The translations under genes were made by a program, and so were the position numbers. Below the pieces are notes generated by a model, which saw nothing but the letters and a program-made list of their open reading frames with translations, searched no databases and was not told the DNA's origin. This document shows, piece after piece, positions 48,162-58,456 of a stretch of DNA of 64,000 nt. Location: NCBI GenBank assembly GCA_965221775.1, contig CBDCSU010000004.1, positions 640,001 to 704,000 on the forward strand, read 5' to 3'. Position 1 is the first letter of the stretch, and the number at the start of each line of letters is the position of its first letter. The DNA is from Candidatus Latescibacterota bacterium. Lineage in GTDB: Bacteria; Latescibacterota; UBA2968; UBA8231.

Positions 48162-49526
48162 CTACCCGGTCCAGGGCCCGGTGATGGCCAGGGTGATCCC
48201 GGGCGACTGGATGTTGGCGTACAGGGTGCGGCCGTCGGGCGAGAACGTGGCGCCGGCGAACTCGGACCCGTTGAAGGCGTTGCGGCCGAGCTTGAAGATC
48301 CCCCCCTCGGGGGTGACCCCCACCAGGTGGTTGTCGCCGCCGCCGTCCTCGCAGAGCACGAGGTCCCCCCAGGGCGCCACCGTCAGGTTGTCGCAGTTCT
48401 CCACCAGCTCGGCGTCGTCGGGCTCGATGAACAGCTCCAGGGTGCCGGGCGCGGCCGCTTCCTCGGCGGTCCCCTCGTGGGGGCTCGGCTCGTAGCGCCA
48501 GACCTGCCCCTTCTTCTTCTTGCCGCCGCTGGTGCAGGCGAAGTAGATCGCCTCGCGGCCGTACCACATGCCCTCGCCCCGGGCGAAGCGGGCGGCGCCC
48601 TTGTCGAAGCCCTGGTCGCGCAGGTCGTCGGCCGGGGACTCCACGTCCTCCATGTCGACCCAGGCCGCGGCCAAGCGGTCGCCGGGAGCCACGTCCCGCG
48701 ACTTCCAGTTGCGCGTGTCCAGGCCCGGCCGGTCGAGGACCCTGAGCGCCTGCAGCCGCCCCCCCGCCGCCAGTCGGCCCGGCTCGTCGGGCAGGTAGCG
48801 GTAGATCAGCCCGTCGCCGGCGTCCTCGGTCTCGTAGACGATGCCGGAGGCCGGGTGCACGGCCACCGCCTCGTGGTTGAAGCGGCCCATCGCCTTCAGG
48901 GCCACCGGCTCCACCGGCCCCGCGGCGGCGGCGGCGACCTCGAAGTTGTAGCCGTGGTCCTTCTCGTGGTTGTCGTCGGCGCGCTGCGTCGTCTCCTCGC
49001 AGGTGATCCAGCTGCCCCACGGGGTGAGGCCGCCGGCGCAGTTGCGCACGGTGCCGGCGAGGCTGAGGTAGTGCCTCTCCACCTCGCCGCCGGAGCCGAT
49101 GACGAAGGTCGACGTCCCTCCCTGGGGCGGGTCGCCGTGGCCCCAGTCGTAGAACCGCTCCCGCGGCAGCTTGCCGAGACGCTCGTTCTCCTCGCCGAAG
49201 GCGCCGACCTTGCGGGCCCCCGCGGTCAGCTCGTGGTTGCAGACGAGCAGGGTGCGCCCCTCCGCCCCCGGGAAGGCGGCCATGGCGTCGGGCAGCCCCG
49301 GCACGAGCAGGCCGTCGTCCATCTCGTCGCCGGTGCGGGAAAGGACCCCGTAGGTGAAGCCGGCGGGCAGGTCGACGATCTCCCCCGGATCCGGCCTCAG
49401 GGGGCCGTAACCGGCGGCGATCCCCTCGTCGGAGGTTTCGCCCCGGACCACGTGGGCCTGCAGGCCCTGGAAGCCGAGGCTCACGGCGGCGGCGGACTTC
49501 AGGAACTCACGTCGGGTAACCGGCAT
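48162..49526 (-). CDS. PhoX-like alkaline phosphatase (DUF839), Tat-exported
   Basis: TRREFLK, CNHE, NCAGG.TPWGSWITCEE, GRFNHEA, DN, EFAG..FSPDG. Confidence 0.9.
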   Translation of the reverse strand: MPVTRREFLKSAAAVSLGFQGLQAHVVRGETSDEGIAAGYGPLRPDPGEIVDLPAGFTYGVLSRTGDEMDDGLLVPGLPDAMAAFPGAEGRTLLVCNHELTAGARKVGAFGEENERLGKLPRERFYDWGHGDPPQGGTSTFVIGSGGEVERHYLSLAGTVRNCAGGLTPWGSWITCEETTQRADDNHEKDHGYNFEVAAAAAGPVEPVALKAMGRFNHEAVAVHPASGIVYETEDAGDGLIYRYLPDEPGRLAAGGRLQALRVLDRPGLDTRNWKSRDVAPGDRLAAAWVDMEDVESPADDLRDQGFDKGAARFARGEGMWYGREAIYFACTSGGKKKKGQVWRYEPSPHEGTAEEAAAPGTLELFIEPDDAELVENCDNLTVAPWGDLVLCEDGGGDNHLVGVTPEGGIFKLGRNAFNGSEFAGATFSPDGRTLYANIQSPGITLAITGPWTG

Positions 49527-49581
49527 CGGGTCGATCCTTTCTTCGCGTTGCGGGAGGGGTGAGTAAACTACCCGTTCCCGG

Positions 49582-50472
49582 TTACGGTGGCGAGACGAGG
49601 CGCAGGGCGTTGCCCGAGAACAGCTTGCGCAGCAGCGCCGGCGCCAGCTCCTGACCGAGGAGCCAGGAGCGCAGCTCGTCGCCGGGGGCGTCGCGGCCGA
49701 AGAGCAGGCGGTCCTGGTAGCGATCGAGGAACCCCCGCGCGTGGGCCGGGTCGCGGCGCATCGCCCCGAGGCCGGAGCCGGCGGACAGATCCGCCCACAG
49801 GTTGTCGAAGGTGTCGAGCAGGCGGATCAGCTCGCCCCCCGGCTGCACGGGACCGGTGGGGTACACCGCCGTCTCGGCGGCCTCGTCGCCTGAGATGTAG
49901 CGCCAGAACCCGGGGGCGTGGCCGATGAACACCGTCTCCGGGCAGGCCCGCAGGGTGCGCTCCAGGGGCCCGGCGCCGCCGCCGTACCAGCGCGGCTGGT
50001 ACCGCGGCCGGCCGCCTTCCGGGTCGGGCAGGAAGGGCACATCGAGGTGCAGCACCACGGGCATGCCGAGGTCCCCCGCCGTCCGGAAGACCTCCCACGC
50101 CCGCGGGTCGTCGAGGAGCATGCGGTAGCTCCACTCGCCGCAGACGCGGAAGCCGTGGACCTCGTGGGCCCGCCGCAGCTGCTCCGGCGCCGAGTCCTCC
50201 CTCGGACAGGGACAGAACCCGCCCACGAAGCGGTCCGGGAACGCCTGGCACGCCTCGATCACGTCGGGCAGGGGACACCCGGCGTGGGTGCCGTCGGGGC
50301 GCAGGTTCCTCGGGTGGAAGCCGCCCTGCCATCCGGGCGCGTGCTCGTCGGGGGGCAGGTACCAGGTGAGGGCCCAGCAGCGCTCGATGCCGAAGGCGTC
50401 CATCTCGCCGACCACCTCCGCCGGCCCGAGGCCGTGGTACCAGACGTGGTTGTGGGCGTCGATAATCCGCAT
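49582..50472 (-). CDS. Amidohydrolase family 2 protein
   Basis: IDAHNH, VVLH, FIGH, DLSAGSG, LFGRD. Confidence 0.85.
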   Translation of the reverse strand: MRIIDAHNHVWYHGLGPAEVVGEMDAFGIERCWALTWYLPPDEHAPGWQGGFHPRNLRPDGTHAGCPLPDVIEACQAFPDRFVGGFCPCPREDSAPEQLRRAHEVHGFRVCGEWSYRMLLDDPRAWEVFRTAGDLGMPVVLHLDVPFLPDPEGGRPRYQPRWYGGGAGPLERTLRACPETVFIGHAPGFWRYISGDEAAETAVYPTGPVQPGGELIRLLDTFDNLWADLSAGSGLGAMRRDPAHARGFLDRYQDRLLFGRDAPGDELRSWLLGQELAPALLRKLFSGNALRLVSPP

Positions 50473-50473
50473 C

Positions 50474-51664
50474 TCAGGCCGCTTTCCGGCGCAGGGTCTC
50501 CGGCACCAGGGTGGCCAGCAGCACCGCGCCGAGGACTCCCACCGCGGCGATCACCAGGGGCGCCGTGTGCAGATCGGCCGCCTCGGCCACCCCGCCCACC
50601 ACCACGGGGCCGGCCGCCGAGCCGCTGTCGCCGACGAAGCGCCACAGGCCGAGGAACTCGCCTCGGCCCCGGTCCGGCGACAGGTCCGCCCCCAGGGTCA
50701 GCATCGTCCCGGAGCCGAGGCCGTTGGCGGCCCCCAGGGCCATGGTGGTCAGGGCCAGGGTCCAGAACGTCTCCGTCACGGGGATCAGGGCCATGGCCGC
50801 TGACTGGAGGAGGAAGGAGGGCACATAGGCGTACTTGCGTCCGCGGCGGTCCATGATCTGCCCGGCGGGGACGAACATGAGCATGTCCACGCCGTACGAC
50901 AGGCTGAGCATGAGCCCCACGGCGGCCGTCTCCAGCCCCAGGACCTCGGCGGCGTAGAGGGGGATCACGGCCGTGCGGGCGCCGCGGATCATCTGGCCGC
51001 AGAGCTGCCCCGAGCCGGCGGCGGCCAGCACCTTCCATTGGGCGCGCAGGACCTGGGCCACCGAGGACCGCCCGCTCCGCTGCCCGGCCCTCTCCTGGAC
51101 CCACAGCAACGCCGCGGCCACCCCCGCCAGCCTCACGAGGGCCACCAGCAGGAAGGGCACGCGCAGCCCGAAAGCCTCGGCCGCCAGGCCCCCGAGGGCC
51201 GGCCCCACGAAGGAGGTGATGCGGCCGATGCCCCCGAAGGTCGAGTAGATGCGGCCCCGCTGGGCCACCGGGACGACATCGGTCATGTAGGTGTGGCGGG
51301 CGATGTTCCAGAGGGCCATGAAGGCCCCGGCCAGAAGCCCGTAGGCGAGCAACTCCACCAGGCTCCGGGCCTGGAACATGGCCGCGGACATGGCCGCCAT
51401 GCCCAGGCCGCCCACCATCATGGTGCGCTTCTGCCCGAAGCGGCTGGTGGCCATGCCCGCGGGCACGTTCAGGAGCAGGTTGCCCAGCCCCTCGGCGGCC
51501 AGCACGACGCCCACGAGGCTGTAGCCGGCCTCGAAGGAGAGGGCGAAGAAGGGCAGCACGGGCAGCATGAGCCCGCGGCTGAGGGCGATGCAGGCCGAGG
51601 GCAGCCAGATGGAGAGCACCACCCGCCGGTTGACCATCCGCGCCCTGGGCGGCGGGGAGGTCAC
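50474..51664 (-). CDS. MFS transporter
   Basis: About 12 TM helices; G...SRFGQK and G..MDRRGRK loops. Confidence 0.9.
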   Translation of the reverse strand: MTSPPPRARMVNRRVVLSIWLPSACIALSRGLMLPVLPFFALSFEAGYSLVGVVLAAEGLGNLLLNVPAGMATSRFGQKRTMMVGGLGMAAMSAAMFQARSLVELLAYGLLAGAFMALWNIARHTYMTDVVPVAQRGRIYSTFGGIGRITSFVGPALGGLAAEAFGLRVPFLLVALVRLAGVAAALLWVQERAGQRSGRSSVAQVLRAQWKVLAAAGSGQLCGQMIRGARTAVIPLYAAEVLGLETAAVGLMLSLSYGVDMLMFVPAGQIMDRRGRKYAYVPSFLLQSAAMALIPVTETFWTLALTTMALGAANGLGSGTMLTLGADLSPDRGRGEFLGLWRFVGDSGSAAGPVVVGGVAEAADLHTAPLVIAAVGVLGAVLLATLVPETLRRKAA

Positions 51665-53043
51665 GGGCGGCTGGACGGCGCGTTGTGCTCGTTGTTGCGG
51701 AAGGCCTCCGACTCGTAGCAGGCGGAATCGCGCCCGCCGGTCTCACGCCACCAGGCGTCGGCCTGCTCCGCGAGGCGGCTCTCGACCCCGGCGTGGTCCG
51801 GGCGGCCGGAGAGGTTGGTCAGCTCGTGGGGATCCGCCGCCAGGTGGTAAAGCTCGGTGGCCCCCTCCTCCCCTTCCCCGAAGTATCGGACGTACTTCCA
51901 GTCGCGGGTGCGCACCCCGTAGAAGGGGTGCACGCCCCAGTAGGCGGCGTAGTGCTCGAAGAACACGGCCTCCTGCGCGGGATGGCCCCCGGCCGCCAGC
52001 GCCGCGCACAGGTCCCCGTGAGGGAAGCCGGCTTCCACCCCGGCGAGGGCGGCCAGCGTGCCGGCCACCTGCACGGAGGAAACCAGATCGTCCACCTGCC
52101 GCCGGCGCGGGACCTCGCCCCGGGGCGGCTTCAGCAGAAAGGGGACGCGGTACAGCTCGTCATAGGGCAGGGTCCCCTTCAGCCGCATGCGGTGGCCGGC
52201 CATCATGTCTCCGTGATCGCTGATGACGGCCACCATCGTGTCGTCCCACGGGCCGAGGCGGCGGAACTCGGCGGCCACCTCGCCGAAGTGGGCGTCGGCC
52301 TGGGCGATCATCGAGTAGTACTGCGCCAGCATCTCCCGCGCCTCCTCCCCGGAGCCGGCGCCGTGGCGGCCGTCGGCGGCGTGGGCGGCCTGGAAGGCGG
52401 GCTTGCCCTCGAAGCTCTCGGCCTCGTAGCTGGCCGGCAGCTCGAGCGAGGCGGCGTCGAAGCGGTCCCGGAAGGCGGGCTCGTGGAAGAAGGGCGGATG
52501 CGGCAGGTTGGTTGAGAAGGTGAGGAACAGCGGCCGGCCGTCGGGCTCGTACCCGCGCAGCCACTGCACCGTGTCCCGCGCCGCCACGTAGTCCCGGCGC
52601 AGCCCGGCGGGCACGTGAGCGATGCCGGTGCGCTCCGCCTCGCCGTCGTCGACGCGCACCCCGTCGTGGTCGATCCCCTCGTCGTAGCCAAGTTCCGCCA
52701 GAGGCACGCCGAAGTGGCACTTGCCGAAGTACGCGGTGCGGTAGCCGGCCTCGCGGAAGACCTGCCCCAGGGTGGGGAACCTCGTCGGGGAGAGGCGGCC
52801 CTGGTGGCCGTGGAAGCCGTAGTTGACGATCACCCCGCACTCGTGGGGATAGCGGCCGGTGACCAAGGACGCGCGCGACGGCACGCACTGGCCGTGGGCG
52901 CTGATCATGTGGGTGAAGTGGACCCCCTCCGCGGCCAGGGAATCGAGGAAGGGGGTGTGCGCCACCGGATCGCCGGCGCAGCCCATGCGCGGCGCCTGCA
53001 TCTGGTCGCACAGGAGGAGCAGGACGTGCGGGCGGCCGCCCAC
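51661..53043 (-). CDS. Formylglycine-dependent sulfatase (Cys-type), no signal peptide
   Basis: DQ, CVPSRASLVTG, GK.H, PH.P, SDHG. Confidence 0.92.
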   Translation of the reverse strand: MGGRPHVLLLLCDQMQAPRMGCAGDPVAHTPFLDSLAAEGVHFTHMISAHGQCVPSRASLVTGRYPHECGVIVNYGFHGHQGRLSPTRFPTLGQVFREAGYRTAYFGKCHFGVPLAELGYDEGIDHDGVRVDDGEAERTGIAHVPAGLRRDYVAARDTVQWLRGYEPDGRPLFLTFSTNLPHPPFFHEPAFRDRFDAASLELPASYEAESFEGKPAFQAAHAADGRHGAGSGEEAREMLAQYYSMIAQADAHFGEVAAEFRRLGPWDDTMVAVISDHGDMMAGHRMRLKGTLPYDELYRVPFLLKPPRGEVPRRRQVDDLVSSVQVAGTLAALAGVEAGFPHGDLCAALAAGGHPAQEAVFFEHYAAYWGVHPFYGVRTRDWKYVRYFGEGEEGATELYHLAADPHELTNLSGRPDHAGVESRLAEQADAWWRETGGRDSACYESEAFRNNEHNAPSSRP

Positions 53044-53044
53044 C

Positions 53045-53962
53045 TCAGACCCGCAGCCGCTCGAGCTCGTCCTCGGAGAGCTCGTCGTCGCCGGCGGCGG
53101 CGTTCATGGCGGCCTGCTCCGGCGACTTGGCGCCGGGGATGGCCACCGGGTTCACCGGGTGGGAGATGACGTAGCCCAGGGCGGTGGAGATCATGTCCTG
53201 CGGCTCCACGCGCTCGCGCAGGAGGTCGACCTGCCGCAGCTGCTCCAGGTACTGCTCGCGGCCGGCTCCCCCCTCGTTGTACCCGGAGCGGATGTCGTCG
53301 GTGAAGACCGACTCCGGGGTGTAGCGCCCCGACAGCAGGCCCTTGGCCAGCGGCCCCCGCACCATGACGGCGATCTCCTGGGCCCGGCAGTAGGGCAGCA
53401 GCTCGGCCTCGCAGCGGCGCTGGATGATCGACCAGTCGACCTGCACCACCTTGCAGCCGCCGTCGTGGTTGAAGCGCCGCAGCACCTCCAGGCTGTTGGT
53501 GGAGATGCCGAAGCAGCGCAGCCGGCCCTCCTCCTGCAGGGCGCGGAAGCCGTCGAGATAGACCGACGGGTCCTCGATCTCGCCGTCGTGGCAGAGGAGG
53601 ACATCGTGGTAGTCGGTGCGCAGGCGGTGGAGGGAGGCGTGGGCGCAGAGGCGGATCATGTCGACCGAGGTCTTGGGAACCCCCTGGCCGGTGCGCTTGC
53701 CCCAGTTGCCGATCTTGCTGACCACGTGGACCTCGTGGCGGATGCCGGCCAGGGCCCGGCCCAGGCGCTCCTCGGAGAGGCCGTTGGGGAGGCCGTACGA
53801 CTCGGCCGTGTCGAAGAGGTTCATGCCGTGGTCGAAGGCGGCGCGCACGGTGGCGAAGGCCGTGGGGTCGTCCACCGGCCCCCACTGGTTGCCGATGTTC
53901 CAGGTCCCGAGGCCGATGGCCGAGACCTTCCACCCGGTGCGTCCGAAGTCCCGGTACAGCAT
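53045..53962 (-). CDS. Aldo/keto reductase
   Basis: IGLGTW, FDTAESYG, SLHRLRTDY, PLAKGLL, IPGA. Confidence 0.92.
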   Translation of the reverse strand: MLYRDFGRTGWKVSAIGLGTWNIGNQWGPVDDPTAFATVRAAFDHGMNLFDTAESYGLPNGLSEERLGRALAGIRHEVHVVSKIGNWGKRTGQGVPKTSVDMIRLCAHASLHRLRTDYHDVLLCHDGEIEDPSVYLDGFRALQEEGRLRCFGISTNSLEVLRRFNHDGGCKVVQVDWSIIQRRCEAELLPYCRAQEIAVMVRGPLAKGLLSGRYTPESVFTDDIRSGYNEGGAGREQYLEQLRQVDLLRERVEPQDMISTALGYVISHPVNPVAIPGAKSPEQAAMNAAAGDDELSEDELERLRV

Positions 53963-54084
53963 CAGAGCCTCTCCCCCGAGGTATATTCCCTGGTCATGGA
54001 AGCGCCATCCGAAGGCCGCGGCGCCGCGCGCGGCTCGAATCTAACGCCGCCCCCGGGCCGGCACCACGACGGCGGCTCCCGCCC

Positions 54085-55143
54085 GTGAACGTCGCCCTGC
54101 TGCTCTCCGGCGGCGTCGACAGCTCCGTCGCCCTGCACCTGCTCCAGGAGTCGGGGGAGCACGAGATCACCGCCTTCTACCTGAAGGTCTGGCTCGAGGA
54201 CGAGGTCCACACCTTCGGCGGCGGCTGCCCCTGGGAGGAGGACCTGCGCTACGTGCGAGCCACCTGCGAGGCCGCCGGGGTCCCGCTGCGCATCGTGCCC
54301 CTCCAGGCGGAGTACCGCGAGCGCGTCGTCGAGCAGGTCCTGGCCGAGCTGCGCCGCGGCGGCACCCCGAGCCCGGACATCCTCTGCAACCGGCGGGTCA
54401 AGTTCGGCGCCTTCCTCGACCACCTGGACGGCGGCGCCGACCGGATCGCCTCCGGTCACTACGCCCGCGTCGAGCGCGGCCCCGGCGGCCGCTGCCGCCT
54501 GCTGCGCGGCGCCGACCCGGTGAAGGACCAGACCTACTTCCTCTCCCACGTCACCCAGGACCAGCTCTCGCGCCTGGTCTTCCCCGTGGGCCACCTGGCC
54601 AAGAGCGAGGTCCGCCGCCTGGCCCGAGGCTTCGGCCTGCCGGCGCGCCGGCGCCCCGACAGCCAGGGGATCTGCTTCCTCGGCAAGATCGATTACCGGG
54701 AGTTCGTCGAGTTTCACCTCGGGCGGCGGCCGGGAGCGATCGTCGACGCCGACACCGGGCGGCGCCTGGGCGAGCACCGGGGCTACTGGTTCCACACCAT
54801 CGGCCAGCGCTTCGGCCTCGGCCTGAGCGGCGGCCCTTGGTACGTGGTGGACAAGGAGGTGGAGGAGAACCTGATCCGCGTCGTCCACGGCGACCGCCGG
54901 CGGGAGCGCAGCCGCCGCGTCCTCGAGGTGGCGGACGCCAACTGGATCGACGGGCCGCCCGCCGCCGAGAGGCTGCAGGTCCGGCTGCGGCACGGGCCCG
55001 GGAGCATCGGCTGCCTCCTGGAGCCGGCCGCCCCCGGCCGCTGGCGCATCACCCTCGACGAGGCGGATTCGGGCGTGGCCCCCGGCCAGCACGCCGTGCT
55101 CTACGACGGCGAGACCTGCCTCGGCGGCGCCGTCATCCGCTGA
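54085..55143 (+). CDS. mnmA: tRNA 2-thiouridylase
   Basis: SGGVDS, TPSPDILCN, SGHYA, KDQTYFL, DSQGICF, TIGQR, PGQ. Confidence 0.95.
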   Translation: MNVALLLSGGVDSSVALHLLQESGEHEITAFYLKVWLEDEVHTFGGGCPWEEDLRYVRATCEAAGVPLRIVPLQAEYRERVVEQVLAELRRGGTPSPDILCNRRVKFGAFLDHLDGGADRIASGHYARVERGPGGRCRLLRGADPVKDQTYFLSHVTQDQLSRLVFPVGHLAKSEVRRLARGFGLPARRRPDSQGICFLGKIDYREFVEFHLGRRPGAIVDADTGRRLGEHRGYWFHTIGQRFGLGLSGGPWYVVDKEVEENLIRVVHGDRRRERSRRVLEVADANWIDGPPAAERLQVRLRHGPGSIGCLLEPAAPGRWRITLDEADSGVAPGQHAVLYDGETCLGGAVIR

Positions 55144-55144
55144 C

Positions 55145-55924
55145 ATGGAGGCCGCGGGCAGGACCGGTCCCGAGGAGCTGACGGCGCTCCTGCGCGAGGC
55201 CTCGCGGATCTTCCTGTTCACCGGCGCCGGCATCTCCACCGGCAGCGGCATCCCCGACTTCCGCGGCCCCCGGGGCGTCTGGAGGACGCGGCGCCCCGTG
55301 TACTACCAGGACTTCCTGCGCTCCGAGGAGGCCCGCGTCGAGCACTGGGACTTCAAGCTCGAGGGCTGGCCCCTCTTCCGCGACGCCGCGCCGACCCCCG
55401 CCCACGAGGCGGTCGCCGCCCTGGAACGGGCCGGCAAGGTCGGCCTGGTGGTCACCCAGAACGTGGACGGCCTCCACGCCCGCGCCGGCACCTCCCCGGA
55501 GAGGCTGGTGGAGATCCACGGCACCAACGACGCCGTCGAGTGCCTGACCTGCGGGAGCCGCTCCGACCCGGAGCCGCACCTGGAGGCCTTCGAGCGCACC
55601 CGGGTGCCGCCCCGCTGCGCCTGTGGCGGCCTGCTGAAGTCGGCCACCATCAGCTTCGGACAGGACTTGGTGGCCGCCGACCTCGAGCGCGCCGCCGCCG
55701 GCGCCCGGAGCGCGGACCTGGCCGTCTCCCTCGGCTCGACCCTGTCGGTGTACCCGGCCGCCTCCCTGCCCCTGGCGGCGGCCGCCGGCGGCGCCCCCTA
55801 CGCCATCATCAACCGCGGCGAGACCGAGCACGACGGCCGTCCCGAGGTCAGCCTGCGCCTGGAGGGCGACGTGCAGGAGCTGTTCCCGCCGGCGGTGGAG
55901 GCGGCCCTGGCCGGCGGCGGCTGA
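55145..55924 (+). CDS. cobB: Sir2 family NAD-dependent deacylase
   Basis: TGAGIST.SGIPDFR, TQNVDGLH, IHG, CxxC...CxC zinc site. Confidence 0.9.
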   Translation: MEAAGRTGPEELTALLREASRIFLFTGAGISTGSGIPDFRGPRGVWRTRRPVYYQDFLRSEEARVEHWDFKLEGWPLFRDAAPTPAHEAVAALERAGKVGLVVTQNVDGLHARAGTSPERLVEIHGTNDAVECLTCGSRSDPEPHLEAFERTRVPPRCACGGLLKSATISFGQDLVAADLERAAAGARSADLAVSLGSTLSVYPAASLPLAAAAGGAPYAIINRGETEHDGRPEVSLRLEGDVQELFPPAVEAALAGGG

Positions 55925-56194
55925 TCCGGGGGCCACGGGTCCGGCAACTCCGGGCACCAGCCCCTCCGCGGGGAGCGGGTTGCGCAGATTGGCGCCCGCC
56001 CGGGGGGACCACCTGGCGCCGGGGAGGCTTCCCGGCACCGTCCGGCCTCCCGGGGCCCCGGCCTCTGCGCCGGGAGCGGGTCACGCCGGCGGCCGGCCCC
56101 CGAGGGGCCTGGATGCCCCGCCAGACTCGAACTCGAGCCCGTCCGCCGGCGGTGGCGGCAGCCCTTACCGACGGCACCTGATCCGGCGGGGGCC
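55886..56194 (+). repeat. Diverged direct repeat of the cobB 3' end (55886-55924 vs 56143-56181)
   Basis: 32/39 nt identical; PPAVEAALAGGG* vs PPAVAAALTDGT*; both followed by TCCGG(CGG)GGGCC. Confidence 0.9.
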
Positions 56195-56243
56195 CTGAAG
56201 ACCCCCGGGACAGGCGTCCCCGGCTTCCCTATCTTCGGCCGCC

Positions 56244-56993
56244 ATGGAGCCATCCGACACCGACGGCAGCCCCTACCGAGCCCTCTCGGCCGACCAGATC
56301 GAGACCTTCCGCCGGCAGGGGTTCGTGGTCCCCGGGATCCGGCTGGAGGCGGAGGAGGTGGAGTCCCTCGGCCGCGAGTACGACCGCGTCTTCGCCGAGG
56401 CCCGCGGCTCCGAGCGCCTGCGCAATCTCTCCGGCGAGGACGCCGACGAGGAGATGCTGCAGATCACCCAGGTCTGCGAGCGCAGCCTGGAGTTCCGCCG
56501 GCTCCTGTACCACCCGCGCATCCTCGACGCGGTGGAGGACCTGCTCGGCCCCAACATCCAGCTCTTCCACGACCAGGCCCTCTACAAGCCCGCCCACCAC
56601 GGCGGCCCCATCCACTGGCACCAGGACAACGCCTACTGGCAGTGCCTGCCCGCGGACCTGGTGAGCTGCTGGCTCACCTTCGACGAGGTCAACGCCGACA
56701 ACGGCGCCATGCACCTGATCCCGGGCTCGCACGTGGCCCCCGTCGAGCACCAACGCGGCGACGTCCTCCTGGACGCCGGCACCGACGGCGCCGACTCCGC
56801 CTTCGTCGCCGACCTGCCGGCGGGGGGTTTCATGTTCCACCACTGCCAGACCCTGCACCACACCCGGCCGAACCGCACCGGCCGCAGACGCCGCGCCTTC
56901 GCCATCCACTACATGCGGCCGGGGACCCGTTCCTCCCGTGTGGGAGAGATGCCGATCAGCTTCTCCTGCCCTCTGTTGCGCTGCCGTATCTAA
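56244..56993 (+). CDS. Phytanoyl-CoA dioxygenase (PhyH) family Fe/2OG oxygenase
   Basis: WHQD, NG.M..IPGSH, LHHT..N. Confidence 0.9.
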   Translation: MEPSDTDGSPYRALSADQIETFRRQGFVVPGIRLEAEEVESLGREYDRVFAEARGSERLRNLSGEDADEEMLQITQVCERSLEFRRLLYHPRILDAVEDLLGPNIQLFHDQALYKPAHHGGPIHWHQDNAYWQCLPADLVSCWLTFDEVNADNGAMHLIPGSHVAPVEHQRGDVLLDAGTDGADSAFVADLPAGGFMFHHCQTLHHTRPNRTGRRRRAFAIHYMRPGTRSSRVGEMPISFSCPLLRCRI

Positions 56994-57001
56994 CTGCTTC
57001 T

Positions 57002-58456
57002 GTGAAGTCCCGCCCCACGCTTTCCGGCCCTCTCCTCGACGATCTCCGGTCGATCCTCGGGGACCGCCTGAGCACCTCCGCCGCCGACCGCGAGGCCCGC
57101 GCCCGGGACGCCTCCCACCACCGCCCGGAGCCGCCCGACGCCGTCGCCTTCCCCACCTCCACCGGCGAGATCGCCCGGCTCCTGGCCGCCTGCTCCCGCC
57201 ACCGCTTCCCCGTCATCCCCCACGGGGCCGGCACCGCCGTGGAGGGCGGGATCGTCGCCGTCCACGGCGGCCTCTGCCTGGACCTGCGGCGCATGGACCG
57301 CATCCTCGAGGTGAACGCCGCCGACATGGATGTCCGCGTCGAGGCCGGCGTGCGCCGCAAGCAGCTCAACCGCCACCTCGAGGAGACCGGCACGGGGCTG
57401 CACTTCCCCGTCGATCCCGGCGCCGACGCCACCCTCGGCGGCATGGCCGCCACCCGCGCCTCCGGCACCGAGGCCGTGGGCTACGGCACCATGCGCGAGA
57501 ACGTCCTCGGCCTCACGGCGGTGCTCGCCGACGGCCGCGTGGTGCGCACCGGCACCCGGGCCCGCAAGTCCGCCGCCGGCTACGACCTGACCCGCCTCCT
57601 CGTCGGCTCCGAGGGCACCCTGGCGGTGATCACCGAGGTCGGCCTGCGCCTGGCGCCGGTGCCGCCGGCGACGGCGGCCGCCGTCTGCCCCTTCCCCGCG
57701 GTGGCGGCGGCCGTGGACTGCGTCCTCGAGCTGCTCCCCGGTCCGGCGCCGGCCCGCTGCGAGCTGCTCGACGAGGTGCAGATGGAGGCGACCCGCCGCT
57801 ACGCCGGCCTCGACCACGATCCGCGGCCGACCCTGTTCCTGGAGTTCCACGGCACCGCCGAGCGCGTCGAGGAGGCCGCCCGGGCCGCGGACGGGATCGC
57901 CTCCCGCTTCGGCGGCGGGCCCTTCCGCTGGGCCACCGAGCCGGCCGAGCGCGAGCGCCTGTGGCAGGCGCGGCACGACGGCTACTACGCCAGCCTCGCC
58001 CTGCGGCCGGGGTCGGTGGGGTACGTGACCGACGTCTGCGTCCCCGTGTCGAGCCTGGCCGAGTGCATCGACCGCACCCGGCGCGAGATCGACGCCTGCG
58101 GCCTGACGGCACCCCTCTACGGCCACGTGGGGGACGGCAACTTCCACGTGGTCGTCCTCATCGATCCGGACGACCCCGGGGAGCTGGACACGGCCCGCCG
58201 CCTCGGCGAGCGGATCGTCGATCACGCCCTCGACCTGGGGGGCACGTGCAGCGGCGAGCACGGCATCGGCCTCGGCAAGGTCGACGCCCTGGAGCGCGAG
58301 TGCGGCGACGCCGTGGAGGTCATGGCCGCCATCAAGGCGGCCCTCGATCCGGCGGGCCTCCTCAACCCCGGCAAGGTGCTGCGGCCCCGGGGGGATTGTG
58401 CTATCGTAGGCCGCCCCGAACCGCCCCCGAACCCCATGAAGGCCACGAACCCATGA
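57002..58456 (+). CDS. FAD-linked oxidase, D-lactate dehydrogenase/GlcD-like
   Basis: P.GAGT..EG, DPGA.ATLGGM, SEGTL, GHVGDGNFH, GEHGIG, NPGK; GTG start. Confidence 0.9.
   Translation: MKSRPTLSGPLLDDLRSILGDRLSTSAADREARARDASHHRPEPPDAVAFPTSTGEIARLLAACSRHRFPVIPHGAGTAVEGGIVAVHGGLCLDLRRMDRILEVNAADMDVRVEAGVRRKQLNRHLEETGTGLHFPVDPGADATLGGMAATRASGTEAVGYGTMRENVLGLTAVLADGRVVRTGTRARKSAAGYDLTRLLVGSEGTLAVITEVGLRLAPVPPATAAAVCPFPAVAAAVDCVLELLPGPAPARCELLDEVQMEATRRYAGLDHDPRPTLFLEFHGTAERVEEAARAADGIASRFGGGPFRWATEPAERERLWQARHDGYYASLALRPGSVGYVTDVCVPVSSLAECIDRTRREIDACGLTAPLYGHVGDGNFHVVVLIDPDDPGELDTARRLGERIVDHALDLGGTCSGEHGIGLGKVDALERECGDAVEVMAAIKAALDPAGLLNPGKVLRPRGDCAIVGRPEPPPNPMKATNP

Noticed and set aside
55145-55924. 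Sir2 as an anti-phage (Thoeris/DSR) effector
   Set aside because: It is a classical zinc-binding CobB-type deacylase next to mnmA
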